From Actinomycetota bacterium (GTDB lineage: Bacteria > Actinomycetota > Acidimicrobiia > Acidimicrobiales > Ilumatobacteraceae), in contig SXZT01000038.1 in NCBI GenBank assembly GCA_005787785.1, forward strand, positions 41,816-105,815: 64,000 nucleotides of DNA, in the 5' to 3' direction. The notes below the pieces were generated by a model. It did no database searches. It was not told where the DNA came from and was given only the letters and a program-made list of their open reading frames with translations. The position numbers and the translations under genes were made by a program. This document shows positions 1 to 8,803 of the stretch, piece by piece (the stretch's first letter is position 1; every line of letters begins with the position of its first letter).

Positions 1-233
1 AGTCGACGTTCCTCGCGCAGGATGCGGCGTTTCGCGAGTCGGTATTGCCTTCGGGCATACCGGTGGTCGCCGTCGAGGCCGGCAGTACGTATGGGTGGTC
101 GGTCATTGCGGATCGGGTGATCGGCATTGATGAGTTCGGTGCAAGTGCGCCGGGCGCCGTTGCCCTCGAGCATTTCGGCTTGTCGGTGTCCAACGTTGTG
201 CGGGTGGCAACCGAACTATCGTCGCTTCGATGA
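1..233 (+). CDS. tkt: transketolase, C-terminal fragment (5' end outside window)
   Basis: Frame ending in TGA 231-233 is open from nt 3. Translation ...AQDAAFRESVLPSGIPVVAVEAGSTYGW...DEFGASAPG... is the conserved transketolase C-terminal domain. Stop overlaps the tal start (ATGA 230-233). Confidence 0.85.
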   Translation, partial: STFLAQDAAFRESVLPSGIPVVAVEAGSTYGWSVIADRVIGIDEFGASAPGAVALEHFGLSVSNVVRVATELSSLR

Positions 234-1351
234 CCCAGACGAACATTCTTCGCCGTCTCCACCTCGAGCAGGGCCAGAGTCCATGGATCGACAATCTGCG
301 CCGGGATTTCCTCACGAGCGGCCAACTCCAAGGTCTCGTTGACCGAGGTGTACGCGGCCTCACGTCCAACCCGACGATTTTCCAGAAGGCAATCCAGGGT
401 TCCACCGAATACGACGCTCAATTCGAGGCCCTCGCTCGCACGGGGATGGCTGTCGAGGACATCTACTGGGAACTGGTTCTCGATGACATCGCTGGGGCAC
501 TGTCGGTCTTCAGGCCCTTGTACGATTCGACGAGGGGTTGCGACGGTTTCGTCAGTGTCGAAGTTGACCCGGGACTCGCTGCAGACGGCGGCGGGACGCT
601 TGCTGCCGCGCGCGATCTTCATCAGCGCATAGACGCACCCAACGTGATGATCAAGATCCCCGCAACACGTGAGGGACTTCCCGCGATCCGCCGGATGATC
701 GCCGAGGGCCGCAACGTGAACGTCACGCTCATTTTTTCCCTAGAGCGCTACGGCGAAGTGATCGAGGCGTACATCGCCGGTCTCGAGGATCGTGTGAAAG
801 GCGGACGTGACGACCTTTCCGGCATCAATTCGGTGGCAAGTTTTTTCATCAGTCGTGTCGACTCCGAGGTGGACGATCGTCTCGCCCGCGTCAAGGATCC
901 CAGCGCACGCGAGTTGTATGGCCGTGCCGCAATCGCACAGGGACACCTTGCATACGGACTTTTTCTCGAGCGATTCTCGGGTGCCCGTTGGCAAAGCCTG
1001 TCGGAGAAGGGTGCAAAGGTTCAGCGTCCGCTGTGGGCGAGCACCTCGACGAAGAATCCGACGTACCCCGACACGCTCTACGTCGACACACTCATCGGTC
1101 CCGACACGGTGAACACCCTGCCTGATGCGACCCTCGAGGCCTTCGACGACCATGGGACCGTTGCTCGCACCGTCGATGCGTCCCTTGCCGAGGCACGCAC
1201 GACGTGGGACCGCCTCGCGGCTGTGGGTATCGACATGGGAGAAGTTGCGACAAAGCTGGAGGCGGACGGTGTCGCTTCGTTCCAGAAGAGTTTCGTCGAT
1301 CTGCTCGCAGCCCTTCGCGTGAAGCTCGTCGGCGAATCTGCGGCAGGTTGA
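230..1351 (+). CDS. tal: transaldolase (long actinobacterial form)
   Basis: 373-aa ORF with ...LTSNPTIFQKAI... and ...NVMIKIPAT... transaldolase motifs. Overlaps and follows tkt as in pentose-phosphate operons. Confidence 0.93.
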   Translation: MTQTNILRRLHLEQGQSPWIDNLRRDFLTSGQLQGLVDRGVRGLTSNPTIFQKAIQGSTEYDAQFEALARTGMAVEDIYWELVLDDIAGALSVFRPLYDSTRGCDGFVSVEVDPGLAADGGGTLAAARDLHQRIDAPNVMIKIPATREGLPAIRRMIAEGRNVNVTLIFSLERYGEVIEAYIAGLEDRVKGGRDDLSGINSVASFFISRVDSEVDDRLARVKDPSARELYGRAAIAQGHLAYGLFLERFSGARWQSLSEKGAKVQRPLWASTSTKNPTYPDTLYVDTLIGPDTVNTLPDATLEAFDDHGTVARTVDASLAEARTTWDRLAAVGIDMGEVATKLEADGVASFQKSFVDLLAALRVKLVGESAAG

Positions 1352-1355
1352 TGGC

Positions 1356-2336
1356 ATGACCGGTGACTCCACACGAGTGCCGAGTCTTTTCGAGCGTGAT
1401 CTCCGCGAGGAAGTCGATCTGTTCCTGGTCGGGAATCCTTCGCTTCTCGACCAGAAGATCATGGCCAATACCGTGCGGGACCTTCGCAAGGCGTTCTCGT
1501 TGTTGGCGCAGGTCGAGGGCAGACCAAAAGTCACCATCTTCGGCAGTGCGCGCACGGCATCCCATGATCCGCTCTACGAGCAGACCGTGCGCGTAGCGCG
1601 CGAATTGGCCGCCAAGGGTTGGATGGTGATCACGGGCGCCGGCCCCGGGATCATGGAAGCGGGCATGGTCGGTGCCGGTCGTGACAGCAGCATTGGTGTG
1701 TCGATCCAGTTGCCCTTCGAAAACGAAGCGAACGAGATCATCGCCGGCGACGAAAAACACATCGCTCTCAAGTACTTCTTCACGAGAAAATTCGCCCTCA
1801 CGAAGGCGTCACAGGCTTTCATCTGCATGCCCGGTGGCTTCGGCACGCTCGACGAACTCTTCGAACTCTTGACGTTGACACAAACCGGCAAAGGCGCACC
1901 CGTGCCCATCGTCCTATTGGACCTTCCGGGCGACCCCTACTGGCAACAGGTCGACGACTTCGTGCGGGATCAGATGGCAAGCCGTGGGCTCATCTCCTCC
2001 GACGATCGCGCCCTGTACTTCACGACGAATGATGCCGTTGCGGCTGCCGATGAAATCACTGGCTTCTATTCGAACTTCCATTCGTTGCGCTTCGCCGGCC
2101 AGCGCCTCGTTTTGAGACTGCGCTCACTGCCCGATGCGCAGGGGCTGGCGGAGTTGAACGCGAGGTTCGCGCACCTGTGCATCGAAGGTGGAATCGAACC
2201 GACCGAGCCGCTCGCCGCAGAGACACGTGACGACGACAATCTCGAACTTCCCCGTTTGGTGATGCGGTTCGACAAGCGGTCTTTCGGTGAGTTGCGGCTG
2301 TTGATCGACGCGATCAATCGTCTCGTCGGGAGTTGA
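1356..2336 (+). CDS. LOG-family (TIGR00730-type Rossmann fold) nucleotide phosphoribohydrolase with N- and C-terminal extensions
   Basis: ITGAGPGIMEAG and PGGFGTLDELFE signature motifs of the LOG/lysine-decarboxylase-like family. 326 aa is longer than the minimal roughly 190-aa LOG core. Starts 4 nt after tal. Confidence 0.8.
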   Translation: MTGDSTRVPSLFERDLREEVDLFLVGNPSLLDQKIMANTVRDLRKAFSLLAQVEGRPKVTIFGSARTASHDPLYEQTVRVARELAAKGWMVITGAGPGIMEAGMVGAGRDSSIGVSIQLPFENEANEIIAGDEKHIALKYFFTRKFALTKASQAFICMPGGFGTLDELFELLTLTQTGKGAPVPIVLLDLPGDPYWQQVDDFVRDQMASRGLISSDDRALYFTTNDAVAAADEITGFYSNFHSLRFAGQRLVLRLRSLPDAQGLAELNARFAHLCIEGGIEPTEPLAAETRDDDNLELPRLVMRFDKRSFGELRLLIDAINRLVGS

Positions 2337-2532
2337 TCCCTCGCAGGATTGCTTCGGCCTTCACAACCGAACGCCGTGCCTTCTGTAGTTCGCGCTCGAC
2401 GTGTTCGACGTCCTTGGGAAGTTTGCCGTTGCCATCGTGAAGGGCTGTCGACAGCAGGTCGATCGATGCGTCCGCGAGGCGTTCGGCGATGATGCCCAGA
2501 GCATCGGCCTCACGTTCGAAATCGCCGGACAT
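2314..2532 (-). CDS. small hypothetical protein (72 aa, predicted helical/coiled-coil)
   Basis: Internal ATG at 2532 of ORF 2314..2658, 8 nt downstream of the glcF stop. The longer ORF would overlap glcF. Third-position GC is high in this frame. No recognisable family. Confidence 0.4.
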   Translation of the reverse strand: MSGDFEREADALGIIAERLADASIDLLSTALHDGNGKLPKDVEHVERELQKARRSVVKAEAILRGINSRRDD

Positions 2533-2540
2533 CTTCGTGT

Positions 2541-3749
2541 TCACTCGCCTCTCTGAATCTTGGTGTCGGTGATCATACGGGCGACGAGTTGTACGGGGTG
2601 CACGACTGCGATCTGTGACAGGGTCGTCGGTCTGTTCGCAACCAGGTGACCCGTGCACCCGGGATTTCCCGACGAGATGAACCTCGTGTCAGCGCCCGTG
2701 ACGGTCTTGATCGCGGAGTACTTGCGACTCACAATGTCCCGGGCGATGTCCGGGTGCTCGATCGCGTACGCCCCGCCGGCACCACAACACAGGCCCTCAT
2801 CGGGAATCGGCACGGGTCGGTGGTGGTGGGAAAGAACACGATGCGTTGCAAGGTGGGCGCCCTGGAGATTACGCAGATGACACGCATCGTGGACTACGAC
2901 GGACTCGCGAAGTGGTTCGGATAGCGGTTGGTACGGGTCCAGCAAGCGTTCGATGTTCGCATCGATGAACTCCATCACATCGACCACCTTCGTTGATCGG
3001 TCTCCATCGCCGGAAAGAGTCCCCAGAAGGTGGGCGCCGCATCCCGCAGAGTTGACGACCACGGTTGCGCCCGCGAGTTCCTTCTCGACGCGTTCTTCGA
3101 GTTTTCCCGCCCGCGATGACAGTCCGGCGTGAGCGTGCAAAGCCCCGCAACACAAGGACGGGTCGCTGAATCGTGCATCAAAGCCCATCGCGGTGAGAAC
3201 GACGTGCGTGTCACGATGGACGTCGCCATACCAAGCATCCATCACGCATCCGGAGAAGATGACGACCCGCTCGCCCCCGCCGGTGGAGGCACACGAGGCG
3301 TGTGGTCGCCTGACGGACAGACGCGGCACCCCGAGACGCCGGGGCAAGACGCGCAGGCGTTGAGCGAGAGTGGCGACGAGGGTGAGCAGACGCAGCAAGC
3401 GGGGCCTTCCCAGCGGGCTGAGGATGAGTCTGCGTCGGACGCGCGAACCGCGACGTCGAGCGGTCAATTCCTCGACAACCGGGGCGATGATCCGGTCGTA
3501 GCGCACGCCCGACGGGCATGCCGGCAGGCAGCCCATGCATTGAACGCACGAGTCCAGGGCCTCGGTGACTCCGTCATCCAGGACGAGCGAACCGTCGCGG
3601 ACACCTGCAATGAGCGCGATGCGACCACGGGGGCTGTGTGTGTCTGCACCCGATGTTCTGTAGGTGGGGCAATGTGGAAGACACAGTCCGCACGCCACGC
3701 ACGATGCGAGGTCGTCGGCGTCCACCCGGGAGAAGGCTCGGTCCGTCAC
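2541..3749 (-). CDS. glcF: glycolate oxidase iron-sulfur subunit / (Fe-S)-binding CCG-domain protein
   Basis: Two 4Fe-4S ferredoxin motifs (CVACGLCLPHCP, CVQCMGCLPACP) followed by Cys-rich CCG-type repeats. 4-nt overlap with the upstream glcE-like gene. Confidence 0.85.
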   Translation of the reverse strand: MTDRAFSRVDADDLASCVACGLCLPHCPTYRTSGADTHSPRGRIALIAGVRDGSLVLDDGVTEALDSCVQCMGCLPACPSGVRYDRIIAPVVEELTARRRGSRVRRRLILSPLGRPRLLRLLTLVATLAQRLRVLPRRLGVPRLSVRRPHASCASTGGGERVVIFSGCVMDAWYGDVHRDTHVVLTAMGFDARFSDPSLCCGALHAHAGLSSRAGKLEERVEKELAGATVVVNSAGCGAHLLGTLSGDGDRSTKVVDVMEFIDANIERLLDPYQPLSEPLRESVVVHDACHLRNLQGAHLATHRVLSHHHRPVPIPDEGLCCGAGGAYAIEHPDIARDIVSRKYSAIKTVTGADTRFISSGNPGCTGHLVANRPTTLSQIAVVHPVQLVARMITDTKIQRGE

Positions 3750-4465
3750 AACAGCCCAAGTTCAAACGAGCGCTCGGGGGCCATGACATTGTCGGGATCG
3801 AACGAAGCCTTCAGCCGACGGCAGACCGCGAGAGCAGGAGTCGCGTCGGCCACTGCATGGCTTGCCAAGTCGTATGGCTCGAAAGCGACGACCTGTTCGG
3901 CCGTCGGCGTCCGCACCTCCTCGAATCCTTCCAGCAGGAGCGATTGCTCCATCACGTCGTCCGGGTGGCCCTCGAGATTGACGATCGTGCGACCGCGGTT
4001 GACCGCTACGAGACTCGGCCGATAGAGCGCATGGACGGGTCCCGCGCCTTCGAACCAGCGGCTCGCGCGCGGGATGGGTTCGGTGCGCAGGGTCACTTCC
4101 GTGATGGTGGCGAGCGTGCCACGCGAACCGACCAGCACCTTGACGAGGTCGAAACCCGACACGTTCTTCACTGTTCCACCTCCTGCAGTGAACTTCCGCC
4201 CGGTTCCATCGATCGCACGTATGCGAAGCACGATGTTGGGCAAGGTGGAGTTGTCCGTTGGATACGGGCCGTTGCGGCGTGCGGCGATTGTGCCGCCCAC
4301 GGTACCCACCGCGGGAATGCGCAGCCGCTGTCCCTGTGCCGCGAGCGTCTCGGCGAGATCACGCATCGTCGTGCCCGCGTGTGTGTGCACCACGAGCTCG
4401 TCGGGCTCGAATCCGATGACACCGGCTTGCATCTGCGCGGACCTGCTCATTGTCTGTCTCCGCAT
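3746..4465 (-). CDS. glcE: FAD-binding oxidase subunit, GlcE-like (short form)
   Basis: ...GTVGGTIA...VKNVSGFDLVKVLVGSRGTLATITEVTL... is the PCMH-type FAD-binding core. Sandwiched with overlaps between glcD and glcF. At 239 aa it is shorter than E. coli GlcE. Confidence 0.65.
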   Translation of the reverse strand: MRRQTMSRSAQMQAGVIGFEPDELVVHTHAGTTMRDLAETLAAQGQRLRIPAVGTVGGTIAARRNGPYPTDNSTLPNIVLRIRAIDGTGRKFTAGGGTVKNVSGFDLVKVLVGSRGTLATITEVTLRTEPIPRASRWFEGAGPVHALYRPSLVAVNRGRTIVNLEGHPDDVMEQSLLLEGFEEVRTPTAEQVVAFEPYDLASHAVADATPALAVCRRLKASFDPDNVMAPERSFELGLL

Positions 4466-5832
4466 CCGGCCGCCGACGGCAAGACCTTTCCCGGGTTGGC
4501 AAGCCCATGGGGGTCGAAAGCGTGACGCAACATCGATTGCGCAGCGAGGCTGGTCTCGTCGAACATGAGGTTCATGAAGTCCCGCTTTTCCAGACCTATT
4601 CCGTGCTCGCCCGAGAGCACGCCGCCGGCTTCGACGGAGACCCGAACGATTTCGGCACCCGCGCGATGGACCCGACCCATGACGCCGGCCTCGCGACGGT
4701 CGAACAGCAAGAGAGGGTGCAAGTTGCCGTCGCCGGCATGGAAGACGTTCATCACAGCCAGGTCTTCGGCATGTGCAATCGAACCAACCGCGTCGAGAAC
4801 CTCGGCGAGCTTGCGCCGCGGCACGACAGTGTCGTGCAGGTAATAGTTCGGTTTGATTCGTGCGATGGCACCGAAAGCGGTCTTGCGACCCTTCCAGATG
4901 ACGGCCCGTTCGGCTTCGTCGGCCGCCCTGCGGATGGAAGTGGCACCGAATTCAGAACAGACCCGCAGGCACGTGGCGATGTCGGACTCGACGCCGTTCA
5001 ACAAACCCTCGACCTCGATGATGAGGAGTGCACCCGCATCGAGGGGAAACCCGGCATGTACGTAGTCCTCGACTGCGCGCGTGATCGGAGCGTCCATCAT
5101 CTCGAGCGCAGAAGGCACGGTTCCTCCTGCGATGATCGCGCTGACGGCCCGGGCACCGGCATCGATGGTCGGAAAACCAACGACAACGGTCGCGTGGTGC
5201 GGTGGATTCTGGGTAAGGCGAACCTGTATCGCGGTGGCGATACCGAACATCCCTTCGCTGCCGACAAAGGCACCGCGAAGGTCGAACGGCGCGCCCGTGG
5301 TGTCGAGCACAACGACGGACCCGTCGGTGAGCACGACCTCGACCGCCACGACGTGGGCGGAGGTAACGCCCGCCGACAGGCAATGCGGGCCGCCGGAGTT
5401 GTTGCCGACGTTGCCGCCGATGGAGCAACTCTGTTGGCTCGACGGGTCGGGCGCGAAATGAAGACCGTAACGAGCCGTCGCACGGCTGAGGTCGGCGTTC
5501 AGCACGCCGGGTTCGACCCAGGCGGTTCGCCCGATGGGATCGATCTCACGGATCCGATTCATCGACATCATCGAAACCACAACTGCGCCGTCGGGTGGAA
5601 CTGCTCCCCCCGCGAGACCGGTGCCCGCTCCGCGCGCCACGAACGGCACGTTCCTGCGCCGGCAATCCGACACGATGCTGACCACGTCGTCGAGACAACG
5701 GGGCATGAACAAAGCCCCTGCGGCGCCGGAAATGTTCGACGCATCGCGCGACACGAGATACAACTCGTGGGGCTTTGTCGTCAACTTCGGGTTATCACGC
5801 ACCGAGGCAAGATTACCGATGCAAGGTGGCAT
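4447..5832 (-). CDS. glcD: FAD-linked oxidase, glycolate oxidase subunit GlcD-like
   Basis: ...ARGAGTGLAGGA... FAD motif plus the FAD-oxidase C-terminal domain (...HGIGLEKRDFM...). Start is uncertain. ATG 5832 is chosen because ORF start 5955 would overlap the divergent gene at 5874. Alternatives are GTG 5847 and GTG 5802. Confidence 0.85.
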   Translation of the reverse strand: MPPCIGNLASVRDNPKLTTKPHELYLVSRDASNISGAAGALFMPRCLDDVVSIVSDCRRRNVPFVARGAGTGLAGGAVPPDGAVVVSMMSMNRIREIDPIGRTAWVEPGVLNADLSRATARYGLHFAPDPSSQQSCSIGGNVGNNSGGPHCLSAGVTSAHVVAVEVVLTDGSVVVLDTTGAPFDLRGAFVGSEGMFGIATAIQVRLTQNPPHHATVVVGFPTIDAGARAVSAIIAGGTVPSALEMMDAPITRAVEDYVHAGFPLDAGALLIIEVEGLLNGVESDIATCLRVCSEFGATSIRRAADEAERAVIWKGRKTAFGAIARIKPNYYLHDTVVPRRKLAEVLDAVGSIAHAEDLAVMNVFHAGDGNLHPLLLFDRREAGVMGRVHRAGAEIVRVSVEAGGVLSGEHGIGLEKRDFMNLMFDETSLAAQSMLRHAFDPHGLANPGKVLPSAAGCGDRQ

Positions 5833-5873
5833 CTTCTTTGGTTTCACCGTCGCGTTACGGGTAGCGTCGCGGC

Positions 5874-6614
5874 GTGTCCAAAACGTCTGAAGTACATGAC
5901 TGGGTAAGTTTCGAGGATCCCGACGGTGGGCGGATGTGGATTTTCGATGCGTCATACCTGCTCAGCAACTGGAAGTGCATCTACGGCGAAGGGTGCAAGG
6001 GAATCCACGAAACCGACACCACCGAATTGATGCAGGGCTGCTGCAGTTTTGGTGCACACTTTCTCGACAAGGACGACGAAAAAACTGTGGTGCGGAGTTC
6101 CCGTCGCTTGACCTCGAAGAACTGGCAAAACAAGGCTCGCGCGACGAAGTTGGGTTGGCTGACCCACGAGCGCGACGGAACTCCGAAAACCCGCGTCGTC
6201 GACGGAGCGTGCGTCTTTCTCAACACACCGGGCTTCGAGGGCGGCACCGGTTGTGCTCTGCACATCGGTGCGATGGAGGCCGGTGAGCGTCCGATGGACT
6301 GGAAGCCCGACGTGTGCTGGCAGGTCCCTGTTCGACTACAAGAGACGACCGACGAAGATGGACACATCGTCACTTTCGTGCGCGAATGGAAGCGCCGTGA
6401 TTGGGGTGACGGCGGCCACGAGTTCCATTGGTGGTGCACCAACGATAGGAGTTCGTTCGTCGGCAAAGATCCAACCTACAAATACTTGAAGGACGAGCTC
6501 ACCGAACTCGTCGGTTCGACGGTCTACGGAATGCTGGTGAAGGAACTCGAAAAGCGCGATACAACGGTCGCAGCCCATCCGGTCACGCTGACGAAAAAGG
6601 CGCGAAAGAAGTAG
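5874..6614 (+). CDS. conserved cysteine-rich hypothetical protein (possible Zn/Fe-S binding)
   Basis: 246-aa ORF with spaced Cys clusters (WKCIYGEGCKG, QGCCSFGAHF, DGACVFLN, GCALH, DVCW, HWWC). TAGCGT box 6 nt upstream of the GTG start. Family not recognised with certainty. Confidence 0.6.
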   Translation: MSKTSEVHDWVSFEDPDGGRMWIFDASYLLSNWKCIYGEGCKGIHETDTTELMQGCCSFGAHFLDKDDEKTVVRSSRRLTSKNWQNKARATKLGWLTHERDGTPKTRVVDGACVFLNTPGFEGGTGCALHIGAMEAGERPMDWKPDVCWQVPVRLQETTDEDGHIVTFVREWKRRDWGDGGHEFHWWCTNDRSSFVGKDPTYKYLKDELTELVGSTVYGMLVKELEKRDTTVAAHPVTLTKKARKK

Positions 6615-6633
6615 TCCCGCGTGGTGCGACGGC

Positions 6634-8463
6634 CTATTGCGAACGCTTGAAGGCGCGCCGGCGGTCTTCGAGGCCGAGGAGCCGCTTGCGGATGCGCAAG
6701 GCTGCCGGGGTCACCTCAACCAATTCATCGTCGGCGATCCATTCCAAGGCGCTCTCGAGCGTGTGAATGACGGGGGCGGCTAGTTTGACCCCGTCATCGT
6801 GACTGTGGGTGCGGATGTTCGTCTTTTCCTTCGCACGAACCGCATTCACGACCATCTCGTCGCTGCGTGAATTTTCACCTACGACCATGCCCTCGTACAC
6901 CTCTTCGCCCGGTGGGACGAACAGCGTCCCACGCAACTGAAGATTGTCGAGTGCGTAGGCCGTCACCTTTCCCGTGCGGTCGGAGATCATCGCCGCCCCC
7001 GTCCGGTGCGGCAGCTCACCAACCCACGGCGTCCAACCTATGAGACGCATGTGGATGAGAGCAGTTCCTCGCGTCTCGGTGATGACCTGCGAACGAAAAC
7101 CGATGAGACCACGTGAGGGGGCTTCGAAGCCGACGAGCGTGCGACCCACGTCGCCGGGCCCGATGTCTGTGACACGACCTTTTCGCGGAGCAAGGGCCTG
7201 TGTCACGGTGCCGACGTGTTCGTCGGGCACGTCGACGGTGCCCTCCTCGAGCGGTTCGTGGCGACGCCCGTCGATTTCCTTCGTCACGACTTCGGGGCGA
7301 CTCACTTGCAACTCGTAGCCCTCGCGACGCATGTTCTCGATGAGAACCGCTAGTTGCAATTCACCTCGTCCTGACACCTCGATCACCTCGGGCGAGTCGG
7401 TCGGCGCGATGCGAATCGACACGTTCCCGAGAATTTCACGGTCGAGTCGGTCACGCAGGTGGCGGCTCGTCAGGAACTTGCCGTCTCGGCCCGCCATTGG
7501 GGACGTGTTGACACCAAAACTCATGCGGATCACCGGGTCGTCCACGATGAGCCGCGGCAGCGGCGACGGAGTTTCCACACTCGTCAGAGTGTCCCCGACT
7601 TCGATCTCAGGGATGCCCGAGACGACAAACAGATCACCGGCCTCGACGCTCTCGACGTCGGACCTGCCGATTCCGCGAAAGACCTGCAGAGTGGTTATCC
7701 GCCGGCGCAACATCGGCGTCGGATTGTCGTCTGATGGTCGCTGGCACAAGGCCACCGCCTCGCCTTTGCGTAACGTGCCCGAATACACGCGCCCGATGCC
7801 GAGGCGACCCAGATAGTCCGACGCATCGAGGTTGGTCACGAGTGCACGCAACACTCCGTCGGAATCACTCTTCGGCTCGGGAAGCCCGAGCATGCAGTCG
7901 AGCAATGGCTCGAGGGTCGCATCGGGTGCGGGCATGCCGACCCCGATCATTGACCTGCCCTCACGGGCCACCGCACTGACGACGTGGAAGGAAAGTTGTT
8001 CGTCGTTGCGAGCGAGATCCAAGAACAGCTGCTCAACCTCCCCGAGGACCTCCTCTGGACGGGCGTCTTGTCTGTCGACCTTGTTCAACACGACGACGGC
8101 GGGAAGATTGGCGTCCATGGCCTTCGAAAGCACGTATCTGGTCTGTGGCAACGGCCCCTCGGCGGCGTCAACCAACAGCACGATTCCGTCGACGATGTGC
8201 AGGGCGCGTTCGACTTCCCCACCGAAGTCGGCATGACCCGGAGTGTCGACGAGGTTGATGCTGACACCCTTGTAGGTGATCTGAGCGGCCTTGGCGAGGA
8301 TCGTGATTCCTCGCTCGCGTTCCTGGTCGTTCGAGTCCATCACCCGATCGACGACTTGTTGATGAGCGGCAAAGGTTCCGGTGCTGCGCAAAAGGGAGTC
8401 GACCAACGTCGTCTTTCCGTGGTCGACGTGCGCTACGAGAGCAATGTTGCGTCGGGGGGTCAT
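6634..8463 (-). CDS. typA: translational GTPase TypA/BipA
   Basis: 609 aa. G1 AHVDHGKTT, G3 DTPGHADFGGE, G4 NKVD, then EF-G-like domains and the BipA C-terminal domain. Confidence 0.95.
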   Translation of the reverse strand: MTPRRNIALVAHVDHGKTTLVDSLLRSTGTFAAHQQVVDRVMDSNDQERERGITILAKAAQITYKGVSINLVDTPGHADFGGEVERALHIVDGIVLLVDAAEGPLPQTRYVLSKAMDANLPAVVVLNKVDRQDARPEEVLGEVEQLFLDLARNDEQLSFHVVSAVAREGRSMIGVGMPAPDATLEPLLDCMLGLPEPKSDSDGVLRALVTNLDASDYLGRLGIGRVYSGTLRKGEAVALCQRPSDDNPTPMLRRRITTLQVFRGIGRSDVESVEAGDLFVVSGIPEIEVGDTLTSVETPSPLPRLIVDDPVIRMSFGVNTSPMAGRDGKFLTSRHLRDRLDREILGNVSIRIAPTDSPEVIEVSGRGELQLAVLIENMRREGYELQVSRPEVVTKEIDGRRHEPLEEGTVDVPDEHVGTVTQALAPRKGRVTDIGPGDVGRTLVGFEAPSRGLIGFRSQVITETRGTALIHMRLIGWTPWVGELPHRTGAAMISDRTGKVTAYALDNLQLRGTLFVPPGEEVYEGMVVGENSRSDEMVVNAVRAKEKTNIRTHSHDDGVKLAAPVIHTLESALEWIADDELVEVTPAALRIRKRLLGLEDRRRAFKRSQ

Positions 8464-8496
8464 GTTGGTTGAGAGAGACGGCCGAAAGGCGAAACG

Positions 8497-8691
8497 TCAG
8501 GACTCGTCCTCGTCGTCTTCCTCTTCGTCTTCATCGAAGGTCACCCCGTACTTTTCCGCAATGGCGGCGTACTCATCCTCCTCGGAGCGCTGGCGGGCTT
8601 GCGAACCACCAAAGCCCAGATCGGCGGCACTGGGGCCGGCCTGCTTCAACTTTCGCGCTTCTTCGAAGCGACGATGACGACCCTTTTTCAC
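8497..8691 (-). CDS. small protein with basic N-terminus and poly-acidic C-terminal tail
   Basis: GTG 8691 preceded by GGAG about 8 nt upstream (ORF track start 8715 is the alternative). VKKGRHRRFEEARKLK... ends in ...FDEDEEEDDEDES. Lies immediately upstream of typA. Family uncertain. Confidence 0.45.
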   Translation of the reverse strand: MKKGRHRRFEEARKLKQAGPSAADLGFGGSQARQRSEEDEYAAIAEKYGVTFDEDEEEDDEDES

Positions 8692-8803
8692 GTGAGGGCT
8701 CCGAATTCTTCGCAATGGGACAAAACCGCAGTGGCCCCGGTCCGTAAACGGCCAGACAACGGCGAGGGCAATCTTATCTGGGCACGAGGCGAAAAAGGGG
8801 GTT

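Noticed and set aside
5800-5815. TAATCT-N7-GTG 5802 as a leaderless start for glcD
   Set aside because: It fits the promoter rule. However, the residues it would remove (...IGNLASV...) align with the conserved N-terminal helix of GlcD-type oxidases. It is therefore kept only as an alternative start.
4450-5907. 485-aa ORF on the plus strand covering the whole glcD region
   Set aside because: It lies antisense to a gene with clear FAD-oxidase motifs. Its translation is Arg/Gly/His-rich with no family motifs. Long stop-free antisense frames are expected in GC-rich DNA.
8497-8535. GAG/GAC/GAA-rich microsatellite-like stretch
   Set aside because: It is in frame and encodes the poly-acidic tail of the small protein. 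It is not an independent repeat element.
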